Below are positions 24,851 through 38,319 of a stretch of DNA of 64,000 nt, piece after piece; position 1 is the first letter of the stretch, and every line of letters starts with the position of its first letter. The stretch lies in assembly GCA_965235115.1 (NCBI GenBank), contig OZ249448.1:22010001-22074000 (forward strand), written 5' to 3'. The notes under the pieces are model-generated. The model was given only the letters and a program-made list of their open reading frames with translations. It did no database searches and was not told the origin of the DNA. The DNA is from Laetmonice hystrix. Lineage: Eukaryota. The position numbers and the translations under genes were made by a program.

Positions 24851-26920
24851 GTAGTCTGCTCCTGCAGATGGTTATTGTGTCATCTATCCCGAAAAATGGG
24901 ACATGGTACCCTTGACCTGATTACGTCAACACCGTCTCTTTGTCTCCTCATGATAGGGTTAGGGTAAGAACAATGTGATTAATGCACGCCCCCCCCCCCG
25001 GCTTCGTCATTGCCAAAAAAAGTTCACTTCAGTTTCCAAAGTCCTGCACTTGTGTAGAACGTGATATCAACTGAGGTTAGGCATCATCATCAGAAAGCCC
25101 TGTGCAAGCTAAGATGTTCATTCCAGCTTAAAACAGAAAGTTAAGAAAGTGTTCCTGGGCCTTGGAAGTATCATGTCTATAACTATGATAACTATCACCT
25201 CTGAGTGCCTGCCCTGGGCCTGAATAATGAATCTGTGCATTGCTCATGCATCACTTACGAAGATCAAAGCTCAGGCAGGAATGCCACGCTAATTAGCAGT
25301 CGCATTTGGTAATTAGGTCACCAGTGCCATGCTTTGAGGGTCAGAGGCATTCTTCACTGTCACAATAATAAGGAAAAAGTGTTGATATCAGATGTAACAT
25401 AAACAGTTGCGTTATTATATATTGTGCTGTTGACCTGTGGAATGGGTCAGCAGAAGAATAAAATGTACAAGTGCGTTACTACATTCTGATGTGTGCACAT
25501 GGTTATGTATCTTTTTGAAAATAATAAAAAAGAGACGCACAAATAACTTATTACCGTGTTCTGCTATGAACAGGTTGGGTTCAGCCTCAAAACCGTTTCG
25601 TAAAGTTTAAAATCGTGATAAATATTTTGTCTCAGAGCTGCAAAGAATTTCTACATTGGCCTGACGTGTATTCTTTAAGAATGTATCGAATGTAGGGAGC
25701 CTACTCACTGTGATTGTTACCATCTGCCTATCCATGCCCAGTGAATTAAGAAAGGTTCCTTCTATCTGAAATAGCTACTAAAATAAGGATTTGGATTACA
25801 ATTTTAATTTGGCAGTACATCATTTGTTGACAATGCTCGTGATTAATGAAACCCTAAGCAAAATGATATCATATTGATAATAGGTAGGGTAAGTGTCAGT
25901 TTACGGTGCACGAAGTAGGATTCTTTCAGTTTCCAGAAACGTGACCCGTAAATAATCATATTGTGCCAGAATTTTTAGGCTAATTTGGAGGGTGGGTCAC
26001 CCATATTTCATACACAGTACATGGAATAACTTTCTCCGTGGTCCACTCCTTGCATGCGGAAGGTGACAGCCTGTACACAACAGCTGTTACTCTAAGTCAA
26101 TGTCACTGATTCACACAAAACCGGCCTCAGCCAAGTCGTCCCCTCCCACGAGGACCATTCCATTGTTTCATAGATAGGGCGAATATCTTAGAACCGGAGT
26201 TCCCCCTGACAGAGTAACATCCTTCAGGAATTAGTGAATTAAACTGTTATAATTGGTAATAATAATAGTTTTCGATTATGAAAAGGTGAATGTCAGGAAT
26301 AGCAGAAGAGGATGAGATAGAGAGTGTTTTGGAAGGATATTAACATTGCACCTTATGGCTGGCCCTACCTGTGGAGGCTAGGTGGGCCGGCCCAGTTATC
26401 TCACCTGGGGCCAGGTGAGCAGAAGGGGCCATGTGAGTACCAGGTTGTCAGGTGGGTCCATACCACGGTGACCAACTATCCTTTCAGTCTGAGCACCTTA
26501 ACCAGCGCTACATCCATGGATTAACATTACACGGGCTTTAGGAGCACACCAACCGACAACATATAATGTGATGGAAGGAAACCAATCTACTGTCAATCCA
26601 TGGGTGATCTCCAGGAGGATTGTGTAACTGAAACATGTGGTGGAGTAGTTAATATCAACCCATTCACTCGGACTGCAGAGCTGTCTCTGTTTCTACTCTT
26701 TCTCCGTTGTTTTCAGTTGTAGTGTGATTTGCAACAGTATACTGAAGCTGAAACTTGATGGTTCTCATCGCACATTTCAGAAAGATAGGAGTGTTATAAT
26801 GCAAATGAAGATGAAGAACCTTCTCGATTTAATCATGTGGTTCTATTCAATGAAGTAATAACCAGGTGTTTTTGTGGCCGGACTCAAACCAACTCCAGCA
26901 AGCTCTCCTAAAGTTTAAAT

Positions 26921-29900
26921 ATGCCAAGTCATGGTGAGCATCATGGTTCCATTACTAGCAACCATGACAACGAGTCCAATCACCTTACCAGAGATGACAT
27001 TGGAAGCTGGGCTAAGATTAACTGCCGGTATTCGCCAACTCCTCCTGGGTTGGAATTCCCAGGACTGCACACATACACATCTGTCAACCCTGAGATAGGT
27101 TCTTACAGTGAGCCGTACGAGAGTCACTATACGGAACCATCACCTCGCAGACACAGCAGTCGTGTGGACCTGCAACCTGAGTCACTGTACCCTGACTCCT
27201 TGCCGTCTTACAAAGACTTGGAAAAGTTTTATTCAGTAGATGATGCTACGGAGCAACCATCACCTCGCCAAGGCAGACACAGCAGTCGTGTGGACCTGCA
27301 ACCTGAGTCACTGTACCCTGACTCCTTGCCGTCTTACAAAGACTTGGAACAGTTTTATTCAGTAGATGGTCCTGTTGACTTAGAGGCAGAAGGAAACGAA
27401 GCTTTGACTGGGTTGTCATTCTGTACTGGCCAGTTTAACAGGGGAGCTCAGTCAGCTCATCAGGAGGACCTGTTATTGGTTGATTCACATCCACTAACAT
27501 CAGCTGCTGGTGCACTGTTCAGGCAAAGGTCCAGTTTGGATCTGGGCCAAGGTGACAGCTTTAATCCTTCATCACCAGACTTCCACAATGGACGTAAAAC
27601 TCGACATCATCGTTATAAAAGTCAAATAGTTGACAATTGCGCGGGTGAGGCGCTGCAGTCAAGACTCAGTGATATAGACGTGATCGATGACTTTCGTTGT
27701 CAGTCTCAAGTTGATGTTGGCCAGCAGTATATAGATGTGAAAGGTCTGGGTAACTCCTGTCATTACCTGCCACAAACTTCCACTGATGACGATACAAACA
27801 CTCATGTCACACAAGACTCGAGAAGATCAGAGGATTCCAGTGGATTGCACAGACATGGTTTGAGTGGCAGCTGTGCCAACATCTTCCTTGACTCGTCATC
27901 TGGAGGAGATGAGTTTATTTTACCCATGGATTACCCCTCTGCACTCAGACTGACCAGTGAGGACGGTCAGTTTGTTGTAGAGGTCCGACGAATGAACCAG
28001 GAATTGAATCACCCGGGATCTGTCACATGTGACCTCATGACGGATGAAAGTGTACCTGGGGAATGTTACCAGGTGCGACCACAGAGCACTGGATCAGACA
28101 CCCGGCAAAGTTCAGGCCAGGCGGCAGAAGTAGCGGAGCAATTCTTGCCTGGACTCAGCAGTCATAAGGCCCTTCAGCATGATGTCGCCAACAGTGAGCG
28201 AATGGCCTTCCGAGAGAATGTACCAACCCCACCACCAAGAGGTCAATCAAGGTCCTTTCATTGTATACCAGAGGTTCTGAGAACTGAAGAAGGACGCTGC
28301 TGGAAGAGACACAGTAGCTTGTCTTTATATCAGGAGGAACAAGATGCCATAGAAGACCACTATGACGAGAATGTTAGACCTCAGGAGGCACCACCAGACT
28401 ATGACAGACTTCCTCGTGAGAAAAGAACGCTGGAAAATTTAAGGCTGAACAGGAGAAGCAGGTCACTAGGCAGATATAGAAGCAATCCTCTTGAAAGTTC
28501 AACAGCTTATTTAAGCAGGAGTGCAAGAGATATTCCTACCAAGTCCCAGCAAATGTCACGACAAGAAAACAGAAACTTTAGTCCAGAGTTTACAAGGAAA
28601 AAGCTTTCTTTAGAAAGGAGTAGATCAGGTCAGGGAGACAGAAAGGGCCTTGGAAAAGACATGGAGAGGTCTCAAAGAGGACCTTCCAAGTTCTCAAAAG
28701 AGGACCGTAATGTTGAAGAAGTCAGAGATGATTATAGAAGAAGCGTCATGAAACGTGATTGGACAAAAGGACATCAAGTTAGAGACAACTACCTCGCTGT
28801 CCCTGGACGAGCTGCAGAGGAGGCTCGACTTTACACTACAAACAGAAGGGAACGGTCTCCACAGAGAAGAGAATCCCCCAGGGCGAGCCGAACTAGGGAC
28901 ACCAGGAGACACCAGTTGGAAGATGAAACGCTACTTGGAACAACACCACCCTCAAAGAGGTACACTCACTTGCACGGCCATGAGGACCGTGATGGCCGCC
29001 ATGTTTTTTTCAGGGACAAAGAAGATGACGGATTTCCACAGAGGATAAATAATGGGCCTGATTTTATCCACAGGGATATCCTTTATTCTCAATCTGACCT
29101 TGGTTATGGGAGTCAACTGTGGGATTCAAGTTCTCCCAGTAGGGAGTACAAGACTCTGGAGGAGGATTGTGAATGGTTTGCTCCAAACAGACTATCACAG
29201 GCTGTTCAACAAAGGCCGAGAAGGAAGAGGAGCTACTCAAGTAATAGTCATTTAGAAAGGGACTTAGATGGTCACAATGGTTTCAGTGGACAGACACGTA
29301 AGGAAGCATTCCAGAGGAGAACCCCATATGATGACCATTATATGGAGATGACTTCATCAAATTATGGGCCTCCCCCACGACCCCCATCTCCGTACACAGA
29401 GATGGAGCTCCGCGAGTATAGAACCCCTTACTTCAGTTCACAGAGGGAGACTCCTCCCAAGGAGGAGAAGATGAGCCTTTTCCAGGCCACTCCCATCCAG
29501 ACTGGAAGCTTACATGATGTGAGACAAGAAAGAGTGACAAGACCTTGGCATAAAAGAGAATTCCCATCATGTGAGAGTGCAGAGAACAGACGGTTTAGAA
29601 GGAGCCCAGAACGAACGCCAAAAAGGGTTGACAACAGTGCATTCAGCAAAGCTGTACGAGAAAGTGGATATTTCAGAGAGATTGGTGACAGAAGTGCTGG
29701 TACTTATAACAGGGATCCCTCCCATGATGTAGATGGACGTGGCAGTTTTCATACAAGGCAGGCCAGTAGGCATGGTGATGAGACGAGGCATGGTGGTGAT
29801 ATGAGGCATGGTGATGAGATGAGGCATGGCAGCAGGAGGCCACTTTACCCAGATGAGGAAATAGTGAACCGAGGGATTGACCCTTGGAAGGACGACCTGT

Positions 29901-31894
29901 CGTATATTGAGAGACCCTCTGAGGACTCCAACATCCAGTGGCTGTGGAAAGAACTCGAAGACGGATACAGGAAAGTCAATGGTGAACGTTTTGACCATCA
30001 AATAACATCTGACCGCTACGAGAGCAAGGCGTTTGACGGAGGGGAGGGAAGACAAGAGTTCACTTCTCCGGAACCAGACCCGAATGGAGAAAACTGGATG
30101 GAGTACTCGATGTACAAAGGAAAGAAAACCAACCAGAAATCATACGATAACCACTACAAGTCAGATACAGGATCCGTACAAGGGACCGTAGGACCACCCA
30201 ACCATGGTACTGGGTATAGAAAACCTGCGAGACAGCCACACAAATCCAATATTTCTGATGATATTAAAAACAAAAAAGATATGCCGGGCGTCAGAAATTT
30301 TTCATCTGCTAGAAGCTCAGCACCAGCTGCTCCAAGAAGACGGAGCAGGAGGTCAGTGAACTATTTGGACGGTCCATGGAAGGTTGGGAAGGAATGTGAG
30401 TTCATTATCGACTTAAGAAACCTAGAGCAGACTGACAGAAGACGCTGTCTTAGTACCCCAAATCTGTTCTTTCAAGATCAACCTTCTCAAGAGCGTTTGT
30501 CAAGAGGTAGGACCAAAAAAGTCCAATTTGAGAGTGATATGAAACCATCTACGAGGTATAGTGAGCAAGAGAAAAAGATGAACTCTGACAGAAAGAGTTT
30601 AAATCCTAGTGAATGCGGCCAAGGTGTTGCATCAGCAAAGGAGAATTCCCAATATGGCCATGTTTCTGCTCCGAGGGACATTCCTACTCATAGCGTCAGG
30701 ACTGAACATAAGGGATATCTCTCTGATGGTGATAGTCGAGAAAACAAAGACGATATTGGTAAGTTCCTAAACATGAAGCACAGTATCTCGGAGCAGATGG
30801 CACCATTTGAGAGAGACAGTTCGGGAAAAGTGGTTCCCGACTTTTACATTAGTTACGAGATAACTGAAGGGAAAAGACCCTCTGGTCCCGCAGACATGAC
30901 CGTATCAGAGGATGAGTCTAAATCTCCAGGAATTGGAAGCTGTTGTGAAGAGGACACACGTAAGACCACCACTCTTGCCCCAAATGTCATGAAAGAAGAC
31001 GACGGACAGGAAGTCCTCATTGACCTTGACATGGATTGCCAGACCAGTAAAGCCTCTTCCATCCAGTATGAATACCAGGAACCTGAGCTAGGTTGTGGGA
31101 ATCCTGCCAGGTTTTTAGACAGCGTTGGCCATGAGGAAGAGGACAAGGGCAGCTCGGAGAACAGTTTTGGAAGTCACTGGACCGGGGACACTGTGAGCTT
31201 AGGTCAGATGATTGAAGACAATGACATAACCCTGGAGGATGTCAGGACTTCCACCTTGGAGCAGCCTCCAGAAGCCGGGGACCTCCTGGAGAGGAACCTC
31301 CTCTTCCCAATGGATGATATCTACATCACGATCGAGATGCTGGAGGAGGGATGGGAAGATGGTGAGGAGGAAGCAGAGCTGGATGCAGGTCACCCAGGTG
31401 TGACAGAAGGCGATGAGGTTGACCAGGAGTACACAGACATCCTGTACGACCTTACCAGTTCATCATTCCATCCATCACTCTCTGTGTACGGCGCCGTGAG
31501 CTCGGACGTCCTGGCACATGGAGGTTCTACCAGTGACCCGCAGTGGACCCTTGGGGCGGGCTGCCTTGATTACCCCGACCTCACACAGACAAGGGAAGGG
31601 AACCAAGGAGGACTAAGGGAGGTCCTCACCCAGACACTGGAGGACCTCGCACAGACACGGGAAGGAGACCCAGGAAGGCTGGGGGAGGACCTCGCACAGA
31701 CACGGGAAGGAGACCCAGGAGGGTTGGAGGAGGGCCTCGCACACACACAGGACGGACAGCCAGGAAGGTTGCAGGAGGACAGCCCGGAGAGGATACCAGG
31801 AGACCCATGTGATGCCGACCTGGAGGTTTTAGTGGAGGTACCTGTACTCAACACTCACGTGGTCATGCAGTGGATGCAACACTCCTGGGTCCTG
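26921..31894 (+). CDS. Giant alternative first coding exon: ~1,640-1,660 aa, S/R/E/D-rich, probably intrinsically disordered
   Basis: Uninterrupted 1701-codon non-satellite ORF. Acceptor ...gttttcag ends at 26716, and an in-frame TAA at 26909 precedes ATG 26921. Two phase-0 donors: GAG|GTACCT (exon end 31837) and CTG|GTGAGT (end 31894), both in frame with 33426. Confidence 0.8.
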
Positions 31895-32419
31895 GTGAGT
31901 CGCCTGGGGTCAAGAGGTCATCCACCATCCTCCCGCTTGCCATGTTCCCCACTTTCTGTCTCTTTCTTACGGACCTACCCTGCACTTGAACTTACATGTA
32001 ACTTACTATTGAAAGCCAGAGCATGACAGCCTATATCTTACGGAGAGTCAGAATGCTGAATTTTAAAGATTATTATTTAAGTACTCGAAAGAAAATATAG
32101 TGATACCTGAAATTGACAACCGATTGTGTTCCATGGACCTTTCAATTGAAAAATATAGGGAGAATGCCGGTACTTTTTTGCGCCTTTTGTCCAGGTGTTT
32201 CCACGGAGGGAAATGCGGAACAACCACTGCCAGATTGATGGAGGAAACAATCAGAACCCGCGTCTCATACTGATACCCTACACTCAAACACTCCTTAACC
32301 TTTGATCCTACAATGGGGAACCCTCAGATAACATTACAAACTTCAAACCAACTATCGTGACCTACTTCTGAATGAGACTTTCCCCACCCTGTTATTGTTA
32401 GAAAGCCAACCAGACCATC

Positions 32420-32895
32420 GCTTCACTTCCACAACAGTTTTAGGAAGAAAGGCCTGTTGTACCCTGTCAGTGTAAACTATTATTGGTCGCCTCAAGGGTT
32501 TAACAGAAGTGGTATGCCTGGTATATGGTAGCAGTGTCATGATTGTGGATTGGTTGGTAAACTCAACGTTTCAAAGGTCACACCCTGACAAACACAAACC
32601 AATTTTGTCCCCAGCAATTATTATTAGAACCTGATGATACACAAGACACTAAACTTCACCATTACTTCACCACCGATCGTTCCACCCTCGCCACCACTTG
32701 GTTTATTTTTCAAATAGAAAATGAACATGAATTGTAGGCCCTCAATGCCTGCTGTGTTCTAAGTCAGTTGATTGAGCTGGCTCGGATTACGAATGATGGC
32801 AGTGACCACCATTGATCCCAATGCTGTAAGAGTTTCCCTGAGATGTTTTATTGTTGTATGATTCCAGAGGATGTTTAATAAACCTGCATGTTGTG
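32420..32895 (-). mobile_element. Decayed LINE RT/3'-end fragment in intron
   Basis: The minus strand gives HAGLLNIL, SYSIGING..SEPAQ..GP and TDRVQQAFLPKTVVE. The last resembles the CR1/L2 C-terminal motif (Y)xxSFFPRT(I/V)xxWN. Confidence 0.35.
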
Positions 32896-33425
32896 GGACC
32901 ACGAGGTCCGTGTTGTTTTCCCGTTACAGCTCAGTGTGTAAGGTCATGTTTGTAATGTCTGCTAGGGTAATTGTGTCATCTCCCCTGGAGGGTACAGACC
33001 AGTGCCCTCTTCTGACCCTGTGGGGTTCCGTCTAAGGGAAACAGCATGGTAAAGCTGAGGGCATGATTGAGTTTGAAAGCATGGGTTTATCTGTGTTCTT
33101 ATTCAAATTCGACAACTGTGTTTTCAACTTCCGCCATTTTCCATTCACATAATCCTGTAGAGCGTTATATTACACTGAGCCATAGACCTTGATAAAGGTT
33201 CCTCTGAAGCGAACACACAACATTAACATGTGCACTGTCAGGACGTTTAAATTTACTCATTGAAACGAGTGATTTGATTTCCGTGGTTACAACTTGATTA
33301 TTATCCTCATCCCAAGTCGTGACCTAGAAGTTAATCAAGTTATGACTGCTGTCACCATTAATAAGGAAAACCATATTTTAGCGATAGCATTTGAATAATT
33401 TTTTTAAAAACTTTCTCCCGCACAG

Positions 33426-33740
33426 TTGGACACGACCGGGGAGTTCAGTGAACGGCGGAAGATTCGAGCAGCCTTACGGGACCTGATTGATAATTCCACG
33501 TCTGTATACAAGAAGAGTAGACGTGACGATTTGAACATTGACATGGAGGCCATCAAACGTCACAGTAATATCATGGAGGCATTCCCTAACACTGCCGACA
33601 GACGGGCATCGTTTCAGTTCCGTAAACGACATGGTATGTTGTTAACAAAGGAAAACATTCAGAACAGACTGGAGAGTATCAGGAACTCACACGCCAACCC
33701 GTATGAAGACATTGCCGACATGGAGGAGCTCAACAAAAAG
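33426..33740 (+). CDS. Exon: second half of smoothelin motif 1, linker, first half of motif 2 (LDTTGEFSERRKIRAALRDL...EDIADMEELNKK)
   Basis: Acceptor tttctcccgcacag, donor AAG|GTATGG, 315 nt, phase 0-0. Confidence 0.9.
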
Positions 33741-35855
33741 GTATGGTGTCATTTAATGCCTTTTAATGTGGTTCAACTTTTACTTTAAAATGGTTTTGAC
33801 AGTTGTATGAAGATGAGTTTCTGATACTGAGATTTGCATCCCATTCATGACACTTACTTGATGACCAAATGATGACCAAATACGATTTTATGTGAATGTT
33901 TGTCAGTTCATGAGGTGCCAATTCGTGAGAATTTTGAATATGAATATGTGGAGAGATGAACTGCCATAAGATTATTATATGATTATATGAATATAATCAT
34001 ACGATGAGCATATCACAATTCGTTTGTTTAAAAAGCACTTTTGGAAATATTATTTGTAAAACATGTAGTTTCATGAGATGGAGTAAAGAAATGGCAGTGT
34101 ATCACGAGATTTGATCTATACCTGATGTTTTCCCCCAGGTGTTTTCAGGGGTATGACTAATTGTATGGGCTTTCTTCAAGAAGTCGTTAAGTTTGTTCCC
34201 CAATTTATTTTTAAACAAAATTTAAACCTCAATCCCAGTAGGATATTTTTTAATGCTTCAACTGATAATTAAGGACGCAAGTGTGGCGGTTATGGTTAAA
34301 GAAAAAAAGAAGACATTGAGAATATTCCTAACGGCAGGGTTCTGAGGCCACACAGCCGGATTCTGCGGAACAAGCAGTTTTTGTGGCGGTCCGCCTTTGA
34401 CACAATATGTTAACGTTTGATGTTGTATAAGGCCATGTAGTCTGACATAGTGGGTATACCACAGTACCACTGGCCTGCTGTGTACACTGGATGACATTAT
34501 ATATTGGTAGGCGTTGTCTGTCTCATGTGTCAGACCACATTGATCAGTTTATACGGATGACACCACAATATATGTGTTATGGTTTTCCCTCTGTTGACAT
34601 CGGCAGACAAAGCCCCAAGTATTTGTTAGTGCACTAGTCGTACAGGTAAGTACGAGCCATCATGTTAGAGTTCACGTTTCTATTCTTCTGTGTCACTTAA
34701 TATAGAACTTTCTGTGGTTTGCCATTTAAGTATTTCAACAAAAAACTCATCTTTCTCCCATTTTTAACTCAATAACGTCACCATTGGCAATAATAATCTT
34801 TTCTATCAGCAAACATCGTAGTGAACTTTTCCCCCTCGAGTAAATCGAAGGGGCTGTTGGTGTGTGACGAACAGACTTACCTCAACCCATCCCCAAACTT
34901 TTCCGGTTCTGATTTAGCATAACACAAAGAAAAAAGCAACCTTTTGGTGTCAGTCTACACGACCGACTGTCACATTATTTTTCTCCGGAATAAAGGAAGA
35001 CACAACTATGGTCCAGATCTTAAAATAACAATAATATTTAGGATTTTGGAGGGAAGTTAAGTTATTATCTAAGACTGGGTTTACTAGATGTGTTTTTCAC
35101 CTGTTTCTGCACTCCATTGACTTTGTGTGTGTTTGTGCATGTGTGACACGGTCCCTGTTAGCAGGCATGTAGCTGTGTTGTTTAATAAGGTTGATAAGTT
35201 TGTTGTGTTCCCATAACAACCCGTGGGACAGTGTTCAGGGTCGGTCCAGGTAAGTCTATCCCACAGGCGTGTCGTGATGTTTGTGTGTAAACATGTCGTC
35301 AATAGACTCCAATGGTGGGATGCAGTCGTTGGGAGAAGCACAGTTCAGGGTACACAAAGCGCCATTATAGATTAATGTCCCAGCTATAACCCCTAGCACC
35401 CACGCCACCCACCGCCAACTGTTTGTTTATGTTTGCTATGTGATCACATCATGGTGGTTTCAACGTGACACGCTCATCCTGACTTCAAACCTTTTGTAAT
35501 CCGCGGTTCTATAAAACCTTGTTCATCACAGAAACATGGGCCTGTCTGAGACACCTTCACGGTTGGATATAGTTTAGGGTATCCCTCACCCTCACCCTCA
35601 CCCTCACCTCATTCCGGCACAGCCATGCCCACCTCCAGGTGACATTAGTTATCCTCTTGGTTTCCCATCATTTAATGCTGTCACATTCACAGATATTGTC
35701 CCATTCAGCCTTCCCCAGAGCGGGGACAATCACTGTAACCATAGCAATGACCGTAGGGGGCGTTACATAGGTAACCTGTCCCCCAGCCTCACCAAACGGG
35801 CCCAGTGTTAACGTCAGGTTACTATACCTGGTACCGCTGTCATTTATTCTCATAC

Positions 35856-36511
35856 TAATACAGAACCGTAGAAAGTATACTACCACCGGCCCAGTCTCAG
35901 TCAGTGGTGGTGACTTATAATGTAATACAGAACGGTAGAAAGGATACTACCACCGGTCCAGTCTCAGTCAGTGTTGGTGACTTATAATGTAATACAGACC
36001 GGTAGAACGTATACTACCACCGGTCTCAGTCAGTGGTGGTGACTTATAATGTAATACAGAACGGTAGAAAGTATACTACCACCGGTCCAGTCTCAGTCAG
36101 TGGTGGTGACTTATAATGTAATACAGAACGGTAGAACGTATACTACCACCGGTCTCAGTCAGTGGTGGTGACTTATAATGTAATACAGAACGGTAGAAAG
36201 GATACTACCACCGGTCTCAGTCAGTGGTGGTGACTTATAATGTAATACAGAACGGTAGAAAGGATACTAGAACCGGTCCAGTCTCAGTCAGTGGTGGTGA
36301 CTTATAATGTAATACAGAACGGTAGAAAGGATACTACCACCGGTCCAGTCTCAGTCAGTGGTGGTGACTTATAATGTAATACAGAACGGTAGAAAGTATA
36401 CTACCACCGGTCCAGTCTCAGTCAGTGGTGGTGACTTATAATGTAATACAGAACGGTAGAAAGGATACTACCACCGGTCCAGTCTCAGTCAGTGGTGGTG
36501 ACTTATAATGT
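35856..36511. repeat. Minisatellite, 67/62-bp unit (atactaccaccggtccagtctcagtcagtggtggtgacttataatgtaatacagaacggtagaaagt), ~10 copies
   Basis: Unit starts at 35881 and 35948. A 5-bp deletion variant alternates with the full unit. Confidence 0.95.
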
Positions 36512-36627
36512 GGCTGAACATGGCAGGATCCGCTGAGAATCAGGGTGAAATAAATAGCTCGGGTGAACGGGTGGATCCTGAGGTCAGGCAAGTGGGTTAA
36601 CAGTCCATAAAGGGCGGTCAGTGGTCA

Positions 36628-36756
36628 GGGCCCAGTTCGTAAAACATATAATTTTGCTTAAGCTTAAGATTAACGCTTCTGGTTGTCTGGTCTGCTTAGA
36701 CTAGCCAAGAAGCGTTAATCCTTAGCAAGATCTGTAGGTTTTTACGAACTGGGCCC
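36628..36756. mobile_element. 129-bp hairpin MITE (possibly PIF/Harbinger-like)
   Basis: 17-bp TIR gggcccagttcgtaaaa / ttttacgaactgggccc, plus an internal inverted repeat gattaacgcttct / agaagcgttaatc. The TSD is not clean. Confidence 0.7.
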
Positions 36757-38243
36757 TAGAAACCTTGTGTTTATATGTGCTAGGTAATTAGGTGTGCTCT
36801 GTCTGGAAACTGGTATAATCAGCAGAGCTGAATAGGTACTCGATTGTCCATTTCTGGAGGCTGTCTACATCCATCTGACATCCATCTGTCCCCAGCTCCA
36901 CAAATTTGTTCCCTACTCCACTAGACTATATCCTCAACTCCACCGTATTGTTCCCAAATCCACCAATCTGTTTACATGCCAACAGTTAAAATATGTTCTC
37001 CCTATCACCCAGACCTTTCCTGCAACCTAACCCTCTAGATACGGATACGACATAATTGGTAATAGGAACAGCAGATAAACAGATACTTATCTGTAGTCTA
37101 TCCTGGGGGGAACTATAATTATCCGTGCACCGTTTTCCGGGAGGCATTGAAACGCGAGTCGTTAAACCATTTTACCTGTCCTTAAATTACCTGTCGCAGT
37201 GAATCCATTTCAACTGGGTGAAAACGGGATCAATTGTAGGCGCGAATTGCCTTGTGTCTGTCATGTTTTATACCCAGACAAAAAGCCACGGGTCGGTCGG
37301 TGCGGAATCCCTATAGGTTACTACTGGTGACGTTAATACGTAATGATAATCCACAGATTTCAAAATAAAACGTCTAGTTACTTCAATGTTTAAGTTGTCA
37401 GGTGTATGACAGGTCACCTGAATTTTTCTATAAACAAAGCAAACCAAAAAAAGGTGACTAAATGTAATGTAGTGTCAGCCAAGAGTTGCATAGAAAGATG
37501 AGAATTTGGGAGTTTGCTGACCGAAGTGTGGGGAGTGTCACGTTAGTGCAGATTTACTTACCATTGGTAGGGGTCCATGGTGTGTTGTTGATTTGGCTGT
37601 TGGTGAAGTCTGCCATTGTACTCCATGCTTGGTGCATCCTGTCAACAAATAAACAAGTTAACTGGTATGTAGAGACGCAGTAATGTGATGAAATAGGAGA
37701 CTGTTTGTGAGATGTTTTTAAGATATTACTTGAGTGTGTTTTAGAAGAAGATTAGACTTGCAGTGTCAGAGGACTTTCTGTTCGAGATCCTTAGTGACTA
37801 TTTTAACACCGAGTAGTGAGTTGTGTCCCCTTTACTTCATCCTCCAATTCCTGAAGTTCATCCTCTCATTATCCGTTAGTTTTCTTCCCCCTTTTTGTCC
37901 GTTGATTAATCAAAGAGTAGCAGACACGATGGACATGATTCTTTCCCGAGAGCACATCGACACAAAGTCTATTAGTACAAATACATTCTGAATTGCCGTT
38001 TTGTGTGTGTGTGTGTGTTGGAGAAACCCCCCTGATAATGTGAAGCCAGCTTATCATGTTAAGGACGCTGTGGTCCCATTGTTGAAGCCTGTTGTTATCA
38101 GTGTACAGTGATAACGTATTGAAGCGGATGACGTAATACCGATGACGTAATACCGATGACGTAAGACCGCAGTCCGGTGTGATCCGGTTGGCCAGCGGAC
38201 TTAGCGTGTCCCAGTGATTGAAGTGTCCTTTCTCTTGTTACAG

Positions 38244-38319
38244 TTGAAGGAAGCCACCGAGGTGGAGGAGAGGGTCCAGATCCGGACTGCCATCAGAAAG
38301 CTGAGAGAAAGTCAGAACG
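38244..38319 (+). CDS. Exon: second half of smoothelin motif 2 (LKEATEVEERVQIRTAIRKLRESQN)
   Basis: Acceptor cctttctcttgttacag, donor ACG|GTGAGT, 76 nt, phase 0-1. Confidence 0.92.

Noticed and set aside
31895-32026. C-terminal 43 aa of the 1701-aa ORF as a true protein end
   Set aside because: It follows a consensus donor and has no polyA signal close by. It is more likely intron read-through, although an intron-retained form cannot be excluded.
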